Source: a virus
Direction: 5' to 3' (one strand)
Length of the DNA: 64,000 bases
Virus record (IMG/VR): IMGVR_UViG_3300022188_000007
Coordinates: 32,001-96,000 of that record
Each line of letters opens with the position of its first letter. Positions within the stretch are counted from its first letter, which is position 1. A program made the translations under genes and the position numbers. The notes under the pieces were generated by a model. The model was not told the origin of the DNA. It did no database searches and saw nothing but the letters and a program-made list of their open reading frames with translations. Below are positions 49,801 through 61,800 of this stretch, piece after piece.

Positions 49801-52800
49801 AATGACACTTGAGAAAGATAGAACTTCTTCAAGTGTAATGGATAGATTAAGTGGTGACGCACCTATGCATGGTTTTGCCAGGGAAGCTCTAGGTAAGAAG
49901 AACAGTAAAACTCAGAAAGAATTTCTAGAGAAATATAGTAGAATTGTAGGAGTTCCTAGCCTAGGTCAAGAATCCACAGCACTTCTGAAACAAGAGTATC
50001 TTCCTCAGGCAGCTTTCCTAGCTAATGCAGAGAAGGGGCCAGCACCACTTCAAGGTGAAACTACAGACGGAGCATATCAAGATATATTAGATGCCCATGA
50101 TAAAGCTGTAGATAAGTTAAAAGAACAATATCTAGCGGATGCTATAGTAATAGCTCAAACAGATAATATATTAAAAGCAGCCAAAACTAAAACAGGAGAA
50201 GCAACCTTTTTAACGCAACTACTCCCCACCTCTAAAGGTGATTATGCTAGTAAATCTTATGATGATCGTAGACAACGTATATCTCAAATCGCAAAGGAGA
50301 AAGTCCAAAGAGCTAATTTTGAACAACTCACTCATCCAAGAGGCTTAGAGAGAGATGCTTTTGGCAGATCAATGCCAAGTGGAGGAGGTCCAGGAGGTCC
50401 AGGAGCACTGAGCGTAGGTGGTACAGGGCCAATTGTGGACGTAAATATTGCTAGTGTTGCTGAAGGTGTAGGCGTCTTCCTAGGAAGGGCAGCCGGAATG
50501 GCCAAGACTACTGAGGATACTAGTCCTAGATTTACAATTTCTGAAGAATTAGAAAAAAAATTAGTAAGGGCTGAGGAGATAGTAGATGAGATTACCGGTG
50601 GTTTAAATAAGGCTACAGGTGATAGTTTTGCTAATAAATATAGAGCCAGTGGGTTAAAGGGAGGTCAAGGGCTAGACCAAATAAATGAAATTAAAAAACA
50701 GATGCAGGGCATCAAAGCGGGTAGGAAAGCCCGAGATATTCTAGATTCATCATCTTTACTAGGTACAGGCATTCATGCTAAACTAGAAGATAGTTATAAG
50801 AAGGAGTATATAACAGAGAGACCAGTCAGGTACGACTCAGTAGCTGGAGAAATCTCTGGCACAGTAGATGCAATTAAATATGATGATAATGAGATTGCTA
50901 CTCATATAGTAGATATTAAAACTACAAGTCAAAAGAACTACGACGATTTAAAACAAGCTGTAGCTAGATTCCAAGAAAAAACTGGTAAAGAAACTCCTAC
51001 ACTAGATGAGATAAAAGACTATGTAGGTAAGAATCTAAAAGATAGTAAATTAGGTGATGTAGCCTCTCAGCTGAATCTATATCTTGCTGCCACCAGTGAG
51101 GATGCTAAAGCATCCGCTCATTTCTATAGTAGAACTAACCCTGATCAAGAACCTATTAAGCTAGACCAGTTTTTTGATAAAGAGCGGCTAGATAATGATG
51201 TTGCTGCGGTAGGTCAAGCTAGAAGGGAGATTAAGTTGGAAGGCGGATCATTCGCTAAAACAGCTTCTTATACTGAAGCCGAAGAGATAGAAGTTTTACT
51301 GAAAAAGAAAGAAGTGGCCGAAGCAACTATAGCTGAATTAATAGCTACCAGTACAGAGTATTATACACTAGTAACAAAGCAGGGTCTCCGTGCAAGAAAG
51401 AATCTACCTTCAACAGGCGGCCTATCTGATAAAAGTTTAAATATGATAGGTACACGTGCTAGAGAATTTCAAGCACAGTCTGTTAAATTTGATGATATGG
51501 TTACAGCGAATCCTATAGCTGAAGGTCGAGAGACTTATAAAGTGCATCAGAACCTTAATGTGCTGCATGAGCGTGCTAAATATTTTCAACAAAAAGAGGG
51601 TTATGAAACGTCTGGTCCCCGGTTTGATAAAATGCACCCCCAGATCCAAGAAAGAGTAACGGAGCACGGCGAGAAGGGCCCAGGGGGCGCAGCCTTTAGT
51701 GCCCTAGTGACTGAGCTTAAAGATACTGGTAAAATTGAGGGCGGAGAGATTAATGCAGCATGGAAGGCATACAGATTAGCTGTGGGGGATTACTTTGTTA
51801 AAAAGATGGCTGCTGCAAGAAAGGAATTAGATAATACAGACCCAGGGGCTGATAATATAGTAAATGTTTTCGGTGCCTACCAGAAGTCTGTTCAAGCTTT
51901 TCAGGATTTTGCTAAGCATGGTCTAGGCAAACCTACAGATATTTATACTTATAATAAACAGTACTTACATGCAGAATCTGCAAGAGGGGCCGGAATTTAT
52001 ATGGATTCAGCTGCCCTTCAAAAAAAAGCATCTCAGCCTCTAGGAGAAGACCCCACATTACGTAATATCTTCCAAAATATGACTAATCTAGAGGGCGACT
52101 CGGTACCAATTCCTAGAGATTCTGTTAGGGCAGCATTGGAAGATTTAATGGATATGGATAGATCATTGATTAATCTTTATACAAATGCAGAAAAAGTAGC
52201 CCATATGGGCAAAGATATAAATCTAGGATGGAATTTTGATAAAGTAAAAGGCGGATTATCTAGATTAAGAGCAGCCCTAGACTTACAACTGAAACAACCA
52301 GTAGGTGAGCTTTATAATGAAGATCAGATAACCTATCTTAGAACAGTTTTAAAGGAATTAAAAGGACTGGAGACTATTTATATCAGCCTAGATCTGGATA
52401 CAGACTCTTTTAAGAATCCCACAGGTGAATATAAATTCCCGACTTTAGTTCCTGTACCGAAACAATTATCTAGAGACCAGCAGTCTGCCATGCATTACCA
52501 GAATATTGAAAAAATTAAAGGTCATTATAGAACACCAGAGGCAGAAGGTGGGGCCAGGGAAGGGGATTCCTTTGTTTATAATGCTAAGACTTTCGGGCCT
52601 AGCGGTAAACAGATGGATAACCAGAGATTTGTAATTTCTAAATACGGTGAAGCAATAAATAGTGCAGGGAAGTCTGTTCCAATTCTGAAAAGTAGGCTAG
52701 ATAACTTAAATAAATCCTTAGTGGACGGTAACAGAACTTTCAGTGTTGCTATAGAGAGAGTAGTTAAATGGGGCGCAGCCGCCACACTAGTTTATGGTGG

Positions 52801-55800
52801 ACTAAGTTATATTAAAGATGCTGTTAAACACATGTCTGATGTTGAGACTGCTATGGCTAGATTACAGATGGTGATGAATCCATTAACTACTGATTTCGAC
52901 TCTCTACAAAAAGCAGCTTTAGGTTTTGCTAAGCAGTATGGTGTGGAGACTACGGATGTTTTAGGTAGTATGAAGGTATTTGCACAGCAAGGTTTGAGCC
53001 AAGGGGAAGTAGAAGAGAGGACCCAAACTTCTACATTAGCAGCTAATGTTACAACTTTGAGTGCTGTAGACGCTACTGAAGCCTTAACTGCAGCTATGAA
53101 GGTATTTAGAGCCGAGGGTGAGAGTTCTATGAGGTTCTTAGATTCTTGGAGTCAAGTAGAGGCAAGGGCAGCTATTACAGCCGGCGATTTAGCCGATGCC
53201 ATAAAAAAATCAGCTTCTGCTGGTAGGAATGCCGGGTTCACTTTTGATGAGTTGAATGGTATGGTAGCTGCTATAGGGTCTACTACACGTCAAACAGGTA
53301 AAGAGGTAGGTACTTCTTTAAGATTTATCTTCAGACGAATTTCAGCGGATAAAGGACCTAAAGCTCTAAAAGGTGTAGGAGTAGCAACTACTACACCGAA
53401 AGGCACACTCAGACCTGGTTATAAGGTACTTGAGGATTTGGCAGGTAAGTGGGAAGAGTTAGAACAAGCTCAAAAACTAAGTATAGCCCAGGCTATTGGT
53501 GGTACTCGTCAGTACAACCAGGTATTAGTATTGATGGATAACTGGGACCAAGTAGTGAAAAGCACAACCGATAGTATGAATGCTAAAGGTTCAGCTGAAA
53601 GAAGAAACCTTAAGTTGATGAAAACTTATTCTAAGCAATTAGAACAAACTAAAGCAGTCTTTTCTGCGTTAAAAGTAGAAGTAGGTAAAGTAGTTCTTCC
53701 TAGTTTTAAAGCAGGTCTAACCGGTATAAGAGGATTGGTAGAAGCGGTGAATAATGTCCCCGCATCTTTTAAATTAGCTGGAGCCGGGATGGTGTTATTT
53801 GTGGGATATATAACTAAAGGGGCTGAGGCCCTTAATACCATAATGAGCCTAGTAGATAGAACTAAACTTTCTTTTTCAGCCCTAAAAGATGATTTTTCTA
53901 AAGGGATAGATAAAGGGATGTTTGAGGTCTTTGGTAAAGGTACTCCAGAGCTAGATTCAGATTTATTTGGTCTTTCTAAGTTAAGTGATACTGGTACTGT
54001 AAATATTGATGATATGGAAAGCTCTTTAGGTAAGTTAGCTTTCGGGGCTTTATCAGCAGGTCAAGCCTTCAATAAATTCGCAGGCATAGTAGGCTCTGAC
54101 TCTGCGTCTGCAGTTTCTGCAGTCGGTAAATACGTGACAGCCTTTGGCGCTCTAGTAGAAAAAACAGGCACCGGTATATCTTTAATACCAGGGATACCTG
54201 GTCCAGTAGACGAAGCTGTAGGGGTAGCAACAAGCTTTACAGGCAAAGCAATAAAAGGTACTGGCGGAGCTTTTGATTTTGTAGGTGATAAGGTGGGTAA
54301 AGGGGCCCAGTCCTGGATGGAGGGCTTTGCTTCACAGAATACATCTGCAATGAAATCAATGGCCCCACTTTTAGGTACATTAGGGGGGATAGCTTTATTA
54401 GCCCCAACAATAATAGACGCATTCAAAAACTTAACTCAATCTGCAACAGACTATAAAGATGAGCAGTTAAATAGGTTGGAGGTAGATGCTAAGGAGATTG
54501 ATTCTCTACAGGGATTAATTACTTCATATAAAAATTTACAAGATCAGAAAGAGAAGATAACTAGATTATCAGACCCAAAGGTTCAGGCTAAGGGTATAAA
54601 ACGTGGCGAATATAAAAGCCCTATCTTGGAAAAGATTGACGCTTTAAAGGCTACTAGAACATTTGATTCTAACTTAGGCGCTATGGACCCTAGCATGATA
54701 GCAGGTTTCGATGAGTTTGGCCGTGTAATATTAAGTAATACAGCTAATCTAACAGGATATCTAGAGGAATTAAAAAGAGCCAAGACTGTCACACTAGCCT
54801 TATCTAAACTTAAAATAGCAGCCCGTTTTACAGACGATCTTACTGAGACGGGGGGCAATCAAGAATGGAAGCAGCAGGTTAAATCACTTGCAGCCGAATT
54901 CCCATTAATTGGTGAAATGTTGGCTAAGAATATCACTGTAGGGCCTAAGAAAGCACTAGAAGTTATAAGAGAAGAGCTAGATCAACTTTTAGCGGCTAAA
55001 GCAGAAGCCCCTATGTCTACGGCATTTGATTCAGACATAGAGAGATCATTAACAGCACATGCTAAAGTATTAAAAACTTTCAGTGCTACATATGCAGAAC
55101 TAGGTAAAACCTTAAGTAGTATAAGTACTGAAGGTGCTACTGTAACTGATATCGCGGATCTATATAAATCACCAGACGCATTGAAGACGTTTGATCTTCA
55201 GGCCGCATATGAAGATAAATACCAGATTGCTGAAGTAAGGGGAACTGTTAGTGGTAGAGACATCGCAGCATCTAAAGTATTAAGAACTCAATCAAGTGGA
55301 CTGGGTTCTTATATAGAAGCGTCTAGTGTTCTTACTGAAGCTAATTTATTTTCGGCAGGACGATTACCTAGGAAACCCAAGAAAGATGGCACTATAGGTG
55401 CATCAGATAATGACCTTGTTACACTTAATAAAAACTTTGCAGAGAAATATGGTATTGCTACAGGCCAAGCTACTTTGAAAATAGGTAAAGACCATAAGTT
55501 ATTCTTAGAATTTATAGACGCACTCACAACAACCCCGACTACTAAAGAGTTTTCACAAGCAGAAATTGAAGCAGCAGCAAGAGCTTTTTTCCCTGTTGAT
55601 GAGATATTACAAAAGGCCCAAATAAGTGTAACTAAGCTTAATACTTTTGTAGCTGGAGCGTCAGCAGGTATATTAGGGGTATCTGAAAAAAAATTAAATA
55701 CACGTCAGTTTGATTTAGGTGAACGCTTCTACGATCAAATTCCTACTAATGTATTATTACAGACTGAAAAAGGTTACAATACAAAAACAGGTACTTTTGG

Positions 55801-58800
55801 AAAACAGGACTATAAAGAAGATTATAGTTCAGACTTTATTGATAAGTATTATGATCCCCTACAAAAGTATAACACAGCCAAATCTGCCTTAGGGGGAGAC
55901 AACGCCTCATTGGACGCCTCAGTATTAGGAGGTCTGGCCGAACAACTTCGAGGCCTACAAGATATTTTAAAAAACAATTCAATAGCTTTTCAATATAGAG
56001 CAGCAATAGAGGATTTAAATAAAGCACTGTATGAGGGGGCTAGAGCCACAAGGAAAAGTATACTTGTAGAACAAGAAAGGCAAAAAGTTGATAAACATAC
56101 TGCTGGGTTTATGCGCGGTAAAACTAAAGGCGTGGCTTCTATTGATCAGGGGGTTACTAACTATAAAGATTTAAATGATCAGCAAAGAGCCTCGTTAATG
56201 TTTAAAGATTATGATGCCCTAGCAAAGAAAATTCTTGTACAAGAGACTAGTATTGAAGGCTTAATAGGCCAGTCTAAGTCAGTTGCAAGCACCTATGCGG
56301 ATATCCAAGAGATAGGTAAAGCTCCTGAAGGTTTTGATGCAATAATGACTAGGGGCCGTAATGTTGAGTTAATGAGTATTATGGATAAAGTAGATAACGA
56401 TAAGGGGGCTGCTCAAATTTCAATGAGAGTTTCGGAACTGAAGTCTCCTTTAGAGGGTATTTTAGCGAACACCGACATAATGGCCGCCAATACCTATGGA
56501 AGACCAGGGGATATTAAAAGAGCTGCAGCTACTGCAGAAGAGAACTTAGTTATAGCCGAACAAAGGAAGCTTGCAGGTAAAGGCCCATTGGATAATACTG
56601 TTGACAATAAAACTGATCCAGTGAAAACATTCAAAAGTCTTCAGAAACTAATGACCATCAGAGACGCCGCCGCAAAGGAAGGAGATACTGTTACTGTACG
56701 TGCACTGGACAATACACTTGCTGATTCTTATGGTAGGGCTTTGAAAGTATATGGTATGAAGGATTTTGCTAGGTTAACTAAACTAGTTGCTCCTACCAAG
56801 TTTTTTTCTTCCAATAACAAGGAATTAGTGGCATCAAGGGCATCCGCTTTAGCACAAAAAGGTATAGGTACAACTCCAGACAGAATGATGCAATCTATAG
56901 AGTCTGCTAAGATGGCAAAAGCCGCCCTAAGGACTCAGAGCTTTATTGATAAGTTAACTGCCTTTAAAGCCCCTGAGAAAGAGATCGAGCGTGCAAAGAA
57001 TAGGCAGTGGTATGTACCTTCTAAAGAAGTAAGGGACTATGAAAAAGCCTACGCAACAGATCCCAGTAAACCACTAATAAATCCTAAAATATTTGAGAAG
57101 GCTCTAATCGCTGGAGCAATACTTCCTGCTTTTCAGGGGAAATCTTTGGGTGAGAAGAGAACTACTATAGAAGATCAAATAAACAGGTTACAGAAACAAA
57201 AAGATAATTACCCTAAGGAAGGTAAAGAGGCTGAAAAGCTAGGGATTGATAAAAAAATAGAAGGCTATCAAAAGATATTAACGGATGATTTAGATCCTCA
57301 ACAATTTGTAACTTCCACTTTACAAGGGCTATCAACAACAGCACTTGCTGCATACGAAGGGGTGGGAATATTCGGAGGCTCCCAGTCTGATAAAGAAAAT
57401 ATGGCTGCCGTAGGTGCAGGTCTTTTTGTTATAATGAAATCACTAGAGTCTAGAATAGGTAAAGACAATATGCCACAATATTTCAAGGACTTTTCTAAAG
57501 AAGCAGTGGATAAGATTAAGATCGCGGTTGAAACAGGAGATTACTCTGATATGGCCAATGATCTAGGTAAAAAAACCAAAAAGTTTTTAAAGGGTTTTAA
57601 TAAGTCCATGGAAGCTCAAACCGAAAAGGCGGAAGACGCAGGCATTGACCCTGAGAAAGACATTAGAGAACGTCGTAAAAGACTAAAAAAGTTAAATGCT
57701 ACCCTGGATCTGGAGAGTACTACTAAGTCTCTTAATGAGGTCACTGATGTAGGGAGCAACAATTTGTTGAGAGGGTTAGAAGCCATAGCAGTTGTAATGA
57801 CTGCGCAAGCAGTTGGGGGCTGGAAATCTAAAAAAGGGGAAACAGCAGCCAGAGTCAAGGATGGTGTAAACGTAGCTAAACAACAAGGTCTAGCTTCTTT
57901 AGCTTACTCTGAAAAGAATGCTGCAGCCGTAGATGCCTACATAGGAAAGCTTGTACTGACCCAAAAGGAGTTGGCAGAGAAGAAAGGTCCTGATGGCGGA
58001 GCAATTAATATAGTTATGGATGTTATGGAGGACTTTAAAACTAGTTTAACATTGGCTGCTGCCGAAGGTAAAACACTTGAGGAAGCAATGTCAGGGCTTC
58101 AAGATAAAATAGGTGACACTAAAGTTTTTACCGGTATTTACACAGATGTGGCTAAATTAATAGGAGCTATGGAGAACTTTAGAGCAGAACTTCAAAAATC
58201 ATTTACAACTTTTGATGATAAACGTTTATTAGATCCTACACGTTCTTTAAAGGGAGAGTTATTGGGTTTTGGGGGCGAGACAACTCTTCCAATAGGTAGA
58301 CGTGACATGTCGACTCAACAAAGAGCTTACGCAGGTGGGTCAGACTCCTTAAGGTCATCCTTTGCAGTAATGTCTAAAGGGATTTTGATACAAGAGGCCC
58401 AAATAAAAACTTTAGGTTTTGTTAGATCTCAGATAGCTGACACTGAACAAAATATAGATTTTGGTACCAAATATGGAACATCTGATTCACAATTAGAAGC
58501 TTGGGAGATGCACTTAAAGGGGCTTGAAGGCACTCTGGCTAACTTACAAAACGTGACTACTTTAACTAGCCAACAGTTGCAGGCGTTGGGTACTTCTATG
58601 CGAGGGGCTATTAAGTACTCAGAGGCTATCAACAAATTAAATGATGCTTTGGCAGATGTTTCTGTGGAGCACGCTGTAACTGGTATAACAGGATTAAAAA
58701 CTTATTTTGATTCTTTTGAGGTGTTGCTAGGTGGCTCAGATCCGTTAGCCGCCCAACCTGTTTCACCAGAACAAGAAAGAATGGGAGCTAAGGTAGGAGT

Positions 58801-61800
58801 AAGATTAGTTTCTGGTGAATCAACCTCTATGGATATAGAACGTGCCCAGTTACTCACAGAGATAAAGAATGCCACAGACTCTAAATCTAGAACTGCTGCT
58901 AGTATAAAACTAGGAGATCTTGATGAGAAGTATAGAAGGTTAGGTATTGATAAAGAACAACAAGTCGAGAACCAGCGGCTTGGTTCTACTATGAAGCCTT
59001 ATGAGGATTTTTACCGTAATATGGAAGGGTTGTTAGGAAGTAATGAATTAAATGATAAACAATATGGAGAAATTAGTGGCGTTAAAAATGAATTTAAAGA
59101 AGCCATGAAAAGAGCTACGGAAAAAATACCTATAGATGAGGCAATAGCTCAGCTGGAAGGGCAAAAAGACAACTTAGGGGCTAATCAATTCAAGGAAGCC
59201 ATGAAAGAATTAGTGGCAATGAAAGCAACAGGGACTACACAAGTATATAGAGGTATGGATAGAACCAAAGACTGGCAAGGTATTATGAGTAGAGTCATGG
59301 CAGGTTATGATAAAGAAATAGATGCATACAAGGCTGCAACCGGTACTACTGATTTAGATACTTCTTTAGAAAACATGGTAACTAACCCACTAGTAAATGT
59401 TATTGGGATGTCTAATCTACTTCTAGCTGAATTAGTGACACACTTTGTAGACAAAAAAACTGCGGCAGACATACTCAATGGGCCTCAAAAAAAAGAGTTA
59501 GAACCAGATTACTTATTTTCTTCAATAGTCCCTGATAAAAAAGTTGTATTAGCAGAAGCACAAGATTTTCTGAAAGGCATTAGTATTAATCCTGCGGACA
59601 ATTTAAAAACACAGCCATATGATTTCAATAACGACAATATTGATCCAAATAGAGGCCGCCCTACATTGTTTGGTAGACCTGTAGGTCCAATAAGTAAAGA
59701 TGCGCTTGGGTTGCCTCCAATACAAGATAAGGTAGTACCTCCACCTCCAACAGAGGTCGAATTAGCTGCTAAAAAGCATCCTAGGTTTAAGGAAATGGAG
59801 ACTTACGTGAAAAATATAAGCCTTGATCCTATAGCTAATTTAAAAACAGAGCCATTTGGCCCTAATTCTGAGCAAGACAATTCACAAATTGTAGCTGTAA
59901 ATGAACTTCAGTTAGTAACTCTAAAAAAAATAGCTACCAGTCTTAGCAGTAATGGTTCTGGTGATTCCACTGAACCTACTACTAAAGCCGCAGGCGGAAG
60001 AATCTTTGGAGAAGGTGGTCCAAGAGAAGATAAGGTACCCGCTTATTTAAGTCCAGGAGAGTTTGTAATAAGAGCAGCTGCTGCACAACGGCTTGGTTAT
60101 GAGAATCTAGATGTAATGAATAAGAAAGGGCAGGTCCCTGTGGCTTTTGAGAGTGGGGGCTCCTTAAACCAGAGGCACATAACACAAGCACATCAGTATT
60201 TTGTAGATCCTGATGCGGTACTGCCCCCAGAGTTTAATCCAGAGTCAGAGCTATATAATAAAGGAATAACAGGTAAATATATTGATTTACGGAAGTCAAT
60301 GCTTTCTGAAGAACAGCGGGAAGCTGTTGCAGGTATCTCCACATTAAAGGGATTATATAATACTTTTTCTGATATGGCTGGTAATGATGAGGATAAATTA
60401 AATTCTTTATTTCCTGAAGATATAATGCCTGTAATGGAGCGTTTCGAAGAGAACAAAAAAGCCCAAGAAGAGAAAGGTATATTGGGTTGGATGAAAGGAA
60501 AATTAAAAACCAAAAATAAGGCAACAGCAGGTGCAAGGGCAGTTACAGGCCTTGATAAGGCCGAGTTATTAAAAGAAATAAGTACCTATGCTGACGGTGG
60601 CCGAACCATTAGTACTGTTACTGGTAAACCTATACCCACAGCAGAGGAAACAGAAGAGGGTATGGCAAAGATGCGAGAAGCTTTAGGTTTTGTAGCTTCT
60701 GTAGGTCACCCAATTACTTCTATCCCCACCTCTATCTATGGCATGTATCAAGGTTTTAAAGAAAAAGGTCTTAGTGCCCAACCAGCTGTTGAAGGTTTTG
60801 GGGGCTTAGAACTATTAAATTATATACCACAGGCTAAAAGACTCGGTAAAATGAAAACAATTTTAAGTAAAGGTTTTGGTAGATATTTTGATAACGCAGG
60901 GGACGTGAATGATTATTTTGATATTACTGGTAAGTTAGGGGGTAAACTAACTTCATCACACGGAGATGATTTTGACGCGTTACTAGCTTCCGAGAATACT
61001 TTTGAGGAGGGCGGCTTATCTCTTTGGGATAAATTACTGGGTAAACAGTTCGATCCTACAGAGAGATGGAAGGGTAAAAAGTTACCATCAGGTATGGGAA
61101 AATTTGATAAACCTGAGGTGACAAAAAAATTAGAAGACGAAATAAAAGCTACAAAACGCCATGATGTTCATTCTTTTAGTTTCCTACGCGAAAAACATGG
61201 TTTTGTGAAAGCATTACAACTTTATGGTGCAGGATCTCGTTTACAAGAAGGGGCAGATATATTAAAGAAGGCTGATGGTGGTAAGATAAGAAGTTTTATA
61301 GGTGATTCCACAGGAGTAGCAGAGGTAGGAGAAGAGTTATTTAATGAAAGAATCAATGCCCCTGTACTAACTCGGTCTGTGGCCAGTATGATTAAATCAG
61401 AGTTTGGCACCTCAGACGTAGGTAACAATCAATTAGGTGCGCCAGTAGATAAATTAATGGGCACTTCGTTTGATCCATCTGCTACCATGTTAAAAGATAG
61501 TAGAGCTTTTACAGCTGTTGGTAATAATATAAAATCATATGCTTCTACAGCCGATTTTAATACCGGTAGAGCGAAGTCTGATAAATTGAAGGGCAATATA
61601 GGTAAAGGTAATATAATCCCAGGTATGGATGGATTAACCTCTATATATGATGGATTCTTAACTTCCAAATACAATAGCCCCTTCTTATCGCAAGAAGAGC
61701 AATCCAACAATAGGGCTTGGTATGAAGCCACTAGAGAGCAAGAGATAACCAATAAACAGAAATATGAATTATTAGGTGATGCAAAAACAGACGCAGATAG

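Noticed and set aside
50635-51240. Cas4 or CRISPR-associated gene
   Set aside because: No Fe-S cysteines, no other cas genes and no array were seen. It is better called a generic RecB-type PD-(D/E)XK domain.
59575-59860. Short internal duplication in the giant protein (ISINPADNLKTQPY / ISLDPIANLKTEPF)
   Set aside because: The similarity is real but too short to support any functional claim.
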